A stretch of 64,000 nt of DNA from an uncultured Acidobacteriota bacterium (GTDB lineage Bacteria > Acidobacteriota > Polarisedimenticolia > J045): assembly GCA_963702425.1 (NCBI GenBank), contig CAVPCQ010000011.1, positions 1 to 64,000 on the forward strand. Reading direction: 5' to 3'. The translations under genes were made by a program, and so were the position numbers. The notes under the pieces were generated by a model. It was not told where the DNA came from, did not search any database, and saw only the letters and a list, made by a program, of their open reading frames with translations. Shown here piece by piece: positions 37,801 through 47,368 of this stretch (its first letter is position 1; each line of letters opens with the position of its first letter).

Positions 37801-38942
37801 ACGCGAGAACGTCGATCGTCAGGTTGATCGTCCTCGGTGCGGCCCTGGCCGCCGCCGGCTGCGGTCGGAAGGCGGACGCGGACAGGACCGCGTCGGCCGC
37901 TCCCCCGCCGGCCGCGGCGCAGACCGCGGCGGCTATCCCGGCTGGCACCGCCGAGGCGCTGGCGGCCTCCGAGGTCGAACTGGTCGTCGCGACCCGCCGC
38001 GACTTCCGTCCGACGCTCGAGGCCACGGGCACGCTGCGGGCCGCGCGCGAGGCCGAGATGCGGGCCCTCTCCGAGGGGCAGCTCGACGCGGTCCCGGTCG
38101 ACGTCGGCAGCCGCGTGCGGGCCGGGCAGGCCATGTTCCAGGTCCGCCCGACCGAGTACCGGCTCGACCTGCAGCAGGCCGAGGCGGCGGTAGTGTCGGC
38201 GCAGGTGGCGCTGAAGGAGGCCCGGCGCGAGCGCGAGCGGATGGAGGGGCTGGCGCGCGAGGGCTCGGCGACCGGCCAGATGCTCGACCAGGCCGTCGCC
38301 GCCGCCGAGCGGGCCGAGGCGATGCTGGGCGAGGCCCAGGCCCGACGCGACGCGGCGAAGCAGCGGCTCGCCGACACGACCGGCCCGGCTCCCTACGACG
38401 GCGTGATCACCGCCCGCATGCTGCAGCGCGGCGAGTTCGTTGCGCGCGGCGAGCCCGTGGTGAAGATCGCCGACCTCTCCACGCTGCACGGCGAGTTCGA
38501 GGTCCCCGAGCGGCTGGCCGGGACGCTGGCTCCCGGGATGAAGGCCGACCTCGTCGTGCGCACCACGGGAGAGCCGCTGGAAGGCGCGATCATCGCGGTC
38601 AACCCGTCGATCGACTCGACCAACCGCACTTTCATGGTCAAGGTCGCGATCCCCAACCCGGGCCTCCGGCTGCAGGCCGGCCTGTTCGCGATCGCGCGCT
38701 TCGAGCTGCCGCCGCGGCTCGGCTCGATCGCGATCCCGGCCACGGCGGTGATCCGCGACGAGGGGCGCTCGTTCGTCTGGATCGTCGACGGCGGCCACGC
38801 GAAGACCCTCCCGATCCGGGAGGGACTCGCGGACGGCGAGTGGGTCGAGGTCGTCGAGGGGATCGCGCCGGGCCAGGCGGTCGTGACGACCGGCGCCGGC
38901 GGTCTCGTCGCCGGGGCGCAGGTGGCGGTCAAGGGGAGCTGA
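37797..38942 (+). CDS. RND periplasmic adaptor (MFP) lipoprotein
   Basis: Lipobox AAGC, lipoyl and hairpin domains, APYDGVI, IAIPATAV. Confidence 0.92.
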   Translation: MNARTSIVRLIVLGAALAAAGCGRKADADRTASAAPPPAAAQTAAAIPAGTAEALAASEVELVVATRRDFRPTLEATGTLRAAREAEMRALSEGQLDAVPVDVGSRVRAGQAMFQVRPTEYRLDLQQAEAAVVSAQVALKEARRERERMEGLAREGSATGQMLDQAVAAAERAEAMLGEAQARRDAAKQRLADTTGPAPYDGVITARMLQRGEFVARGEPVVKIADLSTLHGEFEVPERLAGTLAPGMKADLVVRTTGEPLEGAIIAVNPSIDSTNRTFMVKVAIPNPGLRLQAGLFAIARFELPPRLGSIAIPATAVIRDEGRSFVWIVDGGHAKTLPIREGLADGEWVEVVEGIAPGQAVVTTGAGGLVAGAQVAVKGS

Positions 38943-39018
38943 GAATGGCGACGCCGGGTGCGGAACCGGATCCGCACCCGGCGTCGTCGCTTCAAGAGCC
39001 GGCCCGGGCCCGCCGGCG

Positions 39019-40050
39019 CTACTCGCAGCGCTTCGCGAGGTCCTGCGGCAGCGGGCAGACGGCGTTCCCCGCGTACCTCGGGCGTTCCGTGCCCGCGCTC
39101 GACTTGCCGTACGGGCCCTCGTTGGTCGCGTTGCGGCCGGCCACGAGGAAGAAGAACGACGCCGGGCTCGCCGGGTAGTTCCAGGTGTAGGCGCCGGTGT
39201 TGCCGATCGCGCACTGCTGGCCGGAGTAGCCATAGGTCGAGACCGCGCTCAGCGGGCCGTAGTAGATCGTGTTGTTGGTCGACGTGCAGGCCGGGCCGTA
39301 GCTGATCGCCATCAGCCGGGTCACCGGGTTGTGCGTGGTGACCAGCAGCTGGGGCAGTCCGCCGCGCGAGACCTCGCCCGGTGTCGCCGCGGCCGCGGCG
39401 CACTGCGAGTCCAGCATGTCGAACGTCCCGTCGCCGTCGTTGTCGAGGCCGAGGGTCGAGGCGGCGTAGTTCTCGACGAAGGTGGGCGAGGGGTTGCACG
39501 GATTGTTCGGAATCGTGTGGCCCGTCCCCGGATTCGCATAGTACGGGGGCAGGATGTTCTCGCCGACGGGCGTCTTGGCCGCCGGGTTGGAGTCGGCGTG
39601 GCAGCTCACGCAGCCGGTCTCCCCGGCCCGCCAGTGCAGCTGGCGCAGCCCGGCGCTGAATCCTTGCGTGCCGGTCCCCGTCCCGTCCTGCGAGCGGCCG
39701 TGGCAGCCGGAGCAGGAATACGCCGAAAGACCGTTGCCGCCGGCAGAGCGCCCGAGATAGGTCGGGAAGCGGCCCGCCGAGACGTGGCAGGTGTTGCAGT
39801 CGCTGCCGAGCATGTTGTTGCGGTGGACGTCGTGCATGTCGTTGCCCCAGCTCTGGCCGTCGACCTTCGAGGTGTAGGGGCTGGCCCGGAAGTCGCCGTG
39901 GCAGGTCGCGCAGTTGCCCGTGCTTCCGTTGGTCGAGTACTGGTCGTAGGCGAGGGCGAGGCTGGCGACGGCGACGACGGCCGCGAGCGCGGCCACCGGC
40001 GCGAGGCGGCGTGCGCGCCCCGCGGCTTGCTGATACGGCGTGACCTTCAT
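39019..40050 (-). CDS. Secreted tetraheme cytochrome c with shared C-terminal domain
   Basis: Signal peptide, four CxxCH motifs (CATCH, CNTCH, CSGCH, CVSCH), DNDGDG loop, C-terminal Cys domain. Confidence 0.9.
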   Translation of the reverse strand: MKVTPYQQAAGRARRLAPVAALAAVVAVASLALAYDQYSTNGSTGNCATCHGDFRASPYTSKVDGQSWGNDMHDVHRNNMLGSDCNTCHVSAGRFPTYLGRSAGGNGLSAYSCSGCHGRSQDGTGTGTQGFSAGLRQLHWRAGETGCVSCHADSNPAAKTPVGENILPPYYANPGTGHTIPNNPCNPSPTFVENYAASTLGLDNDGDGTFDMLDSQCAAAAATPGEVSRGGLPQLLVTTHNPVTRLMAISYGPACTSTNNTIYYGPLSAVSTYGYSGQQCAIGNTGAYTWNYPASPASFFFLVAGRNATNEGPYGKSSAGTERPRYAGNAVCPLPQDLAKRCE

Positions 40051-40396
40051 GGAGGGCTCCCCACCGAGCAGCGCCACGTCTTCCAGATGCGGGATGATCG
40101 TCTCGGCGCTGAAGTGCGTCCGCCTCGGGCCGGCGGGAAGCGTGAGAGAAACTAGAATGATTGTTTGTTCGTCCGGCGCCGAGTCAAGTCGGTCTGTGAC
40201 TTCCTTCACACCCCTCGCCCGCGCAACGACTGCGCAGGGGGCTTACGTGGATCTCCATGTCTATTAGTCGACTCTTGCTTGAACCTGGTCGAATCGCATT
40301 CAGGGGACGGAAACACGTCTTCGGGGTGCCGATTCGCCCGGAACCTGCGACGATACGGTGTGCGCGTTCCATCGACGCGCCCCGAGGAGCCACCTG

Positions 40397-40582
40397 GTGG
40401 CGAACAAGCGACCGTCATTCCTGAAGCGCCAGAAAGAACAGGCCCGCCTCACCCGGGCGTCCGAAAAGCGCGCGACCCGGGCCGCCCGCAAGCAGGCCAA
40501 GCGGACCGGCGAGCCCGAGCCGACCGAGGTCGAGGTCGAGGCGGACGCGCCCGCCCCCCAGGAAGAGGAAACCCGCGTCTAG
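40397..40582 (+). CDS. Small protein, basic N-terminus and acidic C-terminus
   Basis: GAGGAG RBS, GTG start, (M)ANKRPSFLKRQKEQARLTRASEKRATRAARKQAKR...EVEVEADAPAPQEEETRV. Confidence 0.75.
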   Translation: MANKRPSFLKRQKEQARLTRASEKRATRAARKQAKRTGEPEPTEVEVEADAPAPQEEETRV

Positions 40583-40637
40583 GCCGCTCGGCCGAGGACC
40601 GGTTCGTCCCCCGTCCCGCCCCGTCAGGGAGCGGCCC

Positions 40638-40729
40638 CGCGCGGGGCGATGAAGAGCACGACCGCATCGCGCCCGGCGTTCGCCGCGCGATGCCGGGTGC
40701 CGGGGTCGATCACGAACCCCTCCCCTTCG
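40638..40729. repeat. 92 bp direct repeat, copy 1 (3' part of cupin gene)
   Basis: Identical to 45430-45521. On the minus strand it continues to a plausible native end ...FIAPRGAAP* at 40624. Confidence 0.93.
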
Positions 40730-40739
40730 AAAACAGCTT

Positions 40740-43700
40740 GTCCGCAGTCCGTTTCAGTTGGCGGTGAAGGTCAGCGTGTTGGTCTTGGCGAACTCCTGGT
40801 CTGACTGCACGAGGTGGGGGCCGGTGAACGGCAGGGAGGGCATCCGCAGGTGATCCGTGTGTCCGACCAGCTCGTGACGGGGCAATTCCAGCCTTCCACC
40901 GTCACCGGGAGTAGGTCCGAGGTCCGAAACCGCTGCCGTTGATCTCCAGCGGATACCGCCGCTCTGCTGCCTGACGAGGATAGATGGTGTTGATGTGAGG
41001 CGGGTAGATCCTCACGACCACGGCTGCCGAGTCGCTCAGGTCGTAATTGGTGACCACGACCCGGTAGCACGCGTAGGTCCCATGCGCCCCCAGCTTCTTC
41101 GCGGCTTGTGTGAGCGGGTTCATCATGGCCAGCTCGGTGAGAGTTCGCGGCGGCGAGGTACAGATGTGGGTATCGCCGTAGATGGTGACCTCCTGGGCGT
41201 GTCCGTCGGTGCGGAAACTGGCGACGAGATCCTTCCCCCGGAGTTGGGGTGCGAAGGCGCTGGAGGCGGAGACATCGGCGTGGTCGCTGCTGGCCTGCGG
41301 ACGAGACGCTGGATCGTGACGCCGGTCCAGTCGGTGATCTGGGGAGCGAGGTGGCCGAAGTCCAGTGCCGAGACGGGGGACTCCTGCTGAGTCCAGAACC
41401 ACTCCCCCAACTGACAACGAGTGTCGACATTCCGCCCGACGCGCCCGTCACCTCGGCGAATGTGCGGTAGGAGTCGGACCAGTAGCGGGGGTCGTAGTGC
41501 AGGGCCTGATAGGTCTTCAGAATCGACTTCGGGTAGGTCTTTTCCATCCAGATGGCAAAGGACCCGGCGGCGTAGCCTTCATCCGTGGAATAGCTGAGAG
41601 TAGAAGCCCCCGGGAACGGACTTGATGGGCAAGGTCGGGAAGGCTAGAGATGTCGGTGCCGAGATCCGCCTGGATCCCCAGCAGCATCGAGGCGATGGCG
41701 TTGGCGGACGCCTCGTCGAACGACTAGGCGCTGGCATTGGTGGTCAGTTGCCGCTGGAACGCGTGCACATCTCGTGCGCGACGGTCGTCTACAGGTTCGA
41801 GCTCTGGGAGGTCTTGGCGGGATAGATGGTGATCCAGGGATGGCTGAAGACGACGGAGATGGTCGATCTGAGATGGCTGGTCACACCAGGGCGTGCGGAT
41901 GCTCAGGGACAGAGACAAGAGAACGAGCGTACGGCTAGGGACAACCTGCGCTACGAGCAGGTCGTAGGTCTGCTGGGCGGTGAAGAAGGTCTACTGGGCG
42001 TAGGCGACGCTGACAAGGCTGCTGCTGGACGGGTCGCTGATGTAGACCACGATCAACTACGGGTATAGACGACAGGGTGGGGTAGGTGTTCTAGGCGGAG
42101 TAGACGCCCAAAGAACGATCTAGTCCAGGGCAAAGGGAACGGAGGCGAGCTGGGTGCAGGAAGAGGTCCTCGAAAGCCGAAGAGACGAGGGGGCAGGGTA
42201 CTCCGGGTAGCGCCGGGCGGGAGCGACGAGCGCAGGAGAACGGAACGGACGACACCGCAACGGTCAGCTAGAAATACAACTGTGAAGATGGGAAGAAGAC
42301 AACGAAGAACGGCGGGCTGAAACGGCGCTACAGCGAGTAGGGCAACTAGATAGAGATCGGCTAGAGCAGCTAGGGAGAGAACGGATAGATGAAGATGGAC
42401 AGGCTGTGAACGGCGACGATGATGGACGCAACGGCGAAAGAACGGATATACGGGAGATGAGCGCAGCTGACATAATAATATACGGAGATCTGCTCGGGAT
42501 CGGTCAGGAGCGCTGGCAGGGCTACAGGAGGGATCGTCAGGCGGGCGCCACCGCACCGCAGGATGACTCCTTCGAGCGCCAGGGCCTCGCCGAAGGCGAA
42601 CCCGCGGTTGTTGTCGGCGTAGCTCGCCGAGTTGTAGCCAGCGGCGAAGACTCGACCTGGATCGACTGCCGGTCGTCTGGTTGGCGACGGTGAATGTCCC
42701 CGGCTGGTAGAGCAGGACCAGGGTGCTGAAGAGCTGGCCGCTGGCCAGCGCGAAGGGGTGCGCATACTGGTACAACGAGACGGTGCTGTTCCAGAGACCG
42801 GCGGCGGAGAGGGATTCATCGCGATAGCTGCCGGCGACCAGGAGCGTGTCTCCCTGCGCCATGGCCAGTCTACCGTCGCGGACCGGGAGATCGAAAGCGG
42901 AGTAGATGACCGTGGCAGTTCCCGGATAGAGAACCGGCCGACGGTCAGGGTCAGCCAGGGACATGGCGAACGACCCGGCTGAAGAGCTCGTACCCCGAAG
43001 CCCGCACGGTGAACGTGTCTCCGGGCTACAATCCCTAGAAGAGGGACCAGGGCGGGCGGTTGACGATCGCACCGTGTCCCCGGCGGCCATCAGCTCGGTC
43101 GTGGCGGTGCCGTTGGGAGTGCTCACTTCGAGGTTCAAGGTGCCCGGAGGATGATCGAGGCTCGCGCGGATCCTGGTGAGATAGGCGCCTCCCAGGCGCC
43201 ACGGAGCTGGGCCGTATTCCTGGGTGTGTTCGCTGGGCAGGCCGATGTCGAAGGTGACGACGGGGACGACGATGCCATCGGCCGCGTCCCCCGAGGTGAG
43301 AACCAGCGGGGTGGGTTCCAGGACGGTGAAATCGGCGGGCTGGCTCCAGCGGTCGACGCCATCGGTTCGTTTCAGCCGCAACGGACCGGTCGTGGCCCCT
43401 TCCGGAACCCGCACGGTGATGTAGGCCAATTCCGGATCCCAGTCCGGCCTGATCGACTCGGGATGGGTGACGGCGCCATTGAAACTGACCAGGATCTTGT
43501 CCAGCTCGGCGGGCAGCCCGTAGGCCTTGAGGGTGACCGGGTCCCCGATCCCGCCGGCGTGGGGGTCCGTCAGGACGATCGCGGGTTCACAGGGCATCAG
43601 GTTGGTCAGGCGGAAGTACGCGCCCCCGCTCTGGACACCGCGCACCGTCACCCACACCACGGCGTCCTGGTACTTCTTCCAGGCGCAGAAGCCGGTGGGG

Positions 43701-44100
43701 ATGGTCACCGACATCGACTTGTCGCTGACCGAGCCGACCGCGGCGTCGAGGATGTAGCCTCCGGACACGGTCACGCTGACCAGGGAGGCCGTGGTCCCGA
43801 AACCGGACCCTGCAAGGTGGCCGAACTGCCTTCGTCTCCCTCGGTCGGGGAATGCTGGCAGACCGGGGCCGGCCAGGTGCCGGTGCCCCTCAGGATCTCT
43901 CGACCACCGGCGACACCTTGTCGTTGGAGGTGATCCAGAGCAATGCGGAGGACTCGGTCAGCTCTCGCGGGGTGTAGGTGACCTTGATGGTCAGCGTCTT
44001 GTTGGGGAGACCGAGGAAGGCAGCTTCACTTTCCGAGGACGAAAGGACCGCCGCTGCCCCCGTCGACTGCAGCCTGGTGATCTTGAGTTCGCCTTGCCCA
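40740..44100 (-). pseudogene. Frameshifted fragments of a large IPT/TIG-repeat surface protein
   Basis: PHAGGIGDPVTLKA...VSFNG...ITVRVPEGATTGPL...FTV; LEINGSGFG; VTSWSDTRIT. Confidence 0.55.
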
Positions 44101-44189
44101 CGTCCTGATCGTGAACGATCTGGTGATGGAGGAATCCAGAAGACGCGCCGACCCAGCTGGGGGTGGGCAGGAGATCACCGGTGACTGAA

Positions 44190-45150
44190 GCGCGGCGAGC
44201 ACGGCCGAAGCAGCGGGGAGCGAGGGCGCCGCCCGCCCAGACGACGTCGCGCCGTCCGCAGCGAGGGCCGGATCGAAACGGCGCCGGCGAGGCCGGCAGG
44301 GAACTCGAGATCCAGCTGTTCGCTTCGCGGCGGGAAGTCATGACCATGTCGTCGACGCTGAACACGACCGTCGAACCGGCCGCATCCACTCCGGCGGGGC
44401 CGGTGTCCTGCTCCAGGAAGGCGGAGGGCCCGCCGATTCGCCGGAGCCGGTGAGGGCCCTTCCCGGGAGACCACGCACAACTCCTTCACCTTCTTCCCGT
44501 CACGCGCCGTGATCCGCCAGACGAAGGCGGTCGAGCCGTCTGCGGAAAGAGAGGGCCACAGCAGTGCCCCGCCCGTGGCCGCCGTCCCGCGCCATTCCGA
44601 AGCCGTCCACCCTCCCTCGACGGCTGCGCGAGCACCAACCGGTTCCGCTGAACGAAGACCAGGCTCTCTCCGTCCGGGGCGAGATACGGATGGGAGCAGG
44701 ACCCTGCCGCGGATCGGACACGAGCTCCCTCCCCCCAGCCCAGGCCGCTTCGCCGGACGGCTGCACCTGGGGTGAACCGGACGCCTCGCCGCTGAACGCC
44801 GGAGCTGGCGTGCTGGTCGAGGCTCACCCAGGGATGCAGGACGAGAAACGGCAACTCCTGCGGGTCGGCCCCGACCTCTCCCGGGCGGTCGACGGTCCAG
44901 ATCGCGTAGCCACTCTCCCGACGGTCGCCAGCGCTCGCGAGCGTCCGGCCGTCCGCGCTCTCGCCGGTCGCGCCGCCGTCGTCCGCGGGCAGGGAGAGCG
45001 TGGGCGGGAGGGTCCCTGCCCGCTCCCACGCCAGACCCTGAGGTCCGTGACGGGAGCGGCGGCGCTCTGCTCGAGGAGGCCACCACCCTCCCTCCCCGCT
45101 CACCGCCGGTGCGAGAAGCGAGGGGCCCGGGTCGTCGCGCGGTCACCACC
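44190..45150 (-). pseudogene. Frameshifted TolB/PD40-like beta-propeller fragments
   Basis: HPYLAPDGESLVFV, WPSLSADGSTAFVW and DAAGSTVVFSV lie in different frames. Confidence 0.45.
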
Positions 45151-45424
45151 GGTGACGAGGGGCTGTCGGCGCCGCCCGTGCCCTGGCCGTCGGAAGCTGT
45201 GCCAGTGAGATCCCTGGGTGAGCAGGTGTAGGGCTAGGTCGTTCTGTTCGCTGTGAAACGGTGCTGTGCTTTCGATCTATTTATGGAGCGATCTCTATGG
45301 GAGATATTAATTGTAATTGTTATGGTGTTTGATTTTTTTTTTTCTTTGAGGTAAATTAGCGCATTGTTGGGTGGTTGTCTTGTTCGCGGTAAGATGTTTG
45401 TGTGTGGTGTTGGAGATTGTGGGG

Positions 45425-45733
45425 TTAGGCGCGCGGGGCGATGAAGAGCACGACCGCATCGCGCCCGGCGTTCGCCGCGCGATGCCGGGTGCCGGGGTCG
45501 ATCACGAACCCCTCCCCTTCGCTCACCTCCAGGGTCTCCTCGTCGAAGGCGAGCCGCAGCGTCCCCTGCAGGACGAATCCGGCGTGGCCGTTGACGCACC
45601 AGTTCGGGTCCTCGAAGCCGGGCTCGAAGCGCAGCAGCGTCGCGCCTCCGAGCGCGCCGAGTTTCTTTCGCTCGAGGGGGTGAGCCCCGGGCTGCCAGGG
45701 GAGCTTCTCGAAGTCGAGCGTCTCGTGCGCCAT
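45425..45733 (-). CDS. Cupin domain protein
   Basis: MAHETLDFEKLPW...WCVNGHAGFVLQGTL...GEGFVIDPGTRHRAAN. Start overlaps the radical SAM stop. Confidence 0.85.
   Translation of the reverse strand: MAHETLDFEKLPWQPGAHPLERKKLGALGGATLLRFEPGFEDPNWCVNGHAGFVLQGTLRLAFDEETLEVSEGEGFVIDPGTRHRAANAGRDAVVLFIAPRA
45430..45521. repeat. 92 bp direct repeat, copy 2
   Basis: Identical to 40638-40729. Confidence 0.93.
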
Positions 45734-47250
45734 CACGCCTCCGCCTCCGGCCCGGGGCTCGACTTCGCCCTTCCCCGCGCCTTCGCCAACCCGTCCAGCG
45801 CGCGGCGGCCCCACGGCGAGCCGGGCCAGCGCGCGACGATCTCGCCGTACGCGGCTTCCGCCGCGCGCCACTCGCGCCGCTCCTGGTGCCACGCGCCGAG
45901 GTCGAGCAGCGAGGCGTAGCAGCGGCCGGTCAGCGCCAGGTGCGCTTCGATCTCCTCGCGCGTGAAGCCGCGCTTCGGGGCCTCGCGCTCGATCGCGCCG
46001 ACCATCCTTCGGAACTGCCGCTCGGCGTGCGGGTCGCGGCGCACGAACAGCGCGGACTGGTCGCCGGCGAGGAACAGCTCCTCGTCGACCTCGCCCCGCG
46101 CCTTCGCGTCGTCGAAGAGCGAGGTTCCGGGGTAGAAGGCCAGCGGCGCGACGATCCCGTCCATCAGCCCGGCGGTTTCGAACAGCCGGCGGTTGGCCTC
46201 GAGATCGGCGTCGGTCTGGCCCGGCACGCCGGTGATGAAGTAGGCGCTGGTCTTGATCCCGATCCGCCGGCAGAGGGTCAGCGCGCGCTCGATCTGGTCG
46301 GGCCGGATCTCCTTGTTCAACTCCTTCAGGATCGTCGGCGAGGCCGCTTCGACCCCGAACTGCACCTGGTCGCAGCCCGCCCGTCGCATCCAGAGCAGGC
46401 GCTCCTCGTCGACCAGGTTGACCCGCGACTGGCAGTTCCAGAGCACGAAAATCCCGCGCCGCTGCAGCTCGTCGGCGAGCTGCTTCACGCGCGACTTCTT
46501 CGCCGTGAAGGTGTCGTCGCGCAGGCTGAAGAAGTCGATCCCGTGGCGCTTCCAGACCAGCTCGATCTCGTCCACCACGCTGGCCGCGCTGCGGTAGCGC
46601 ATCTGCCGGCCCCAGAACAGCGGCGTGTTGCAGAAGGTGCAGGCCGCCGGGCAGCCGCGCGAGGTGATGACGATCGGGAACTGCTCGCCCGGCGCGACGC
46701 CGTGCAGCTCCTCGTAGCGCTCGGACGGGTGGAAGGGATCGAGGTCCTCGGCCGGCGGGGCCTCGGCGGTACGCCGGACCGCCCCGCCGTCGAGCCACGA
46801 CAACCCGGGGATGTCGTCGAAGCGGCGCGAGCCCTCCGCCAGCCGGCGCGCGATCGCGAGCATCGGGCCCTCCCCTTCGCCTCGGACGATCAGGTGCGGC
46901 GCCGGCCCGCGCGTCAGAATCGGCTCGTCGAGGTGCGTCGCCTGCGGGCCACCTGCGACGCGCAGCGCGTCGGGCACGGCCTCTTCTGCGGCCCGGTAGA
47001 GTCCGGCCGCTGACGCGTGGTTGAAGGTGAAGTGCGAGACGCCGATGGCATCCGGCTGCAGCGCGGCGAAGGTGCGGCGGATCTCCTCCCAGGTCCGGCC
47101 GGTGACGTTGTGGAGCCGCGAGTCGAACCCGTGGGCCCGGAGATAGCCGTGGATCGTCATCACGCCGTACGGGACGATCCGCGAGAAGACGTCCCCGGCG
47201 TGCGGGTCGTCGGCGCGGTAGCACAGGACGATGCGCGGCGCGGCGCTCAC
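45733..47250 (-). CDS. B12-binding radical SAM protein
   Basis: N-terminal cobalamin-binding domain (PYGVMTI...GGPQAT...GEGE), TSRGCPAACTFC (CxxxCxxC), DDTFT, FGVEA, TPR-like tail. Confidence 0.92.
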   Translation of the reverse strand: MSAAPRIVLCYRADDPHAGDVFSRIVPYGVMTIHGYLRAHGFDSRLHNVTGRTWEEIRRTFAALQPDAIGVSHFTFNHASAAGLYRAAEEAVPDALRVAGGPQATHLDEPILTRGPAPHLIVRGEGEGPMLAIARRLAEGSRRFDDIPGLSWLDGGAVRRTAEAPPAEDLDPFHPSERYEELHGVAPGEQFPIVITSRGCPAACTFCNTPLFWGRQMRYRSAASVVDEIELVWKRHGIDFFSLRDDTFTAKKSRVKQLADELQRRGIFVLWNCQSRVNLVDEERLLWMRRAGCDQVQFGVEAASPTILKELNKEIRPDQIERALTLCRRIGIKTSAYFITGVPGQTDADLEANRRLFETAGLMDGIVAPLAFYPGTSLFDDAKARGEVDEELFLAGDQSALFVRRDPHAERQFRRMVGAIEREAPKRGFTREEIEAHLALTGRCYASLLDLGAWHQERREWRAAEAAYGEIVARWPGSPWGRRALDGLAKARGRAKSSPGPEAEA

Positions 47251-47368
47251 GAGCGGCCTCCCGGCTGCGAACGGGCGGCCAGCGTACACCGGCGGGCGGG
47301 GTTTCGCGGGAGCGGCGGAGCGGCGACAATAGGGTGTTACCTCGTCCTTCCCGGAGGAGCACCGCCTC

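Larger units (their letters stand above)
40730..45429. other. 4.7 kb low-quality insert (probable chimeric long-read artifact) with broken gene fragments
   Basis: Bounded by the 92 bp direct repeat. Contains dense frameshifts and compositionally aberrant stretches (about 41600-42480 purine-rich, 45230-45427 T/G-rich with poly-T). No integrase or transposase. Confidence 0.75.

Noticed and set aside
45230-45427. AT-rich tract as origin, promoter or terminator, and the 121 aa ORF across it
   Set aside because: Low-complexity T/G-biased sequence at the insert junction, typical of basecalling noise.
40730-45429. Prophage or integrative element interpretation
   Set aside because: No integrase, transposase or phage genes; sequence quality indicates an artifact.
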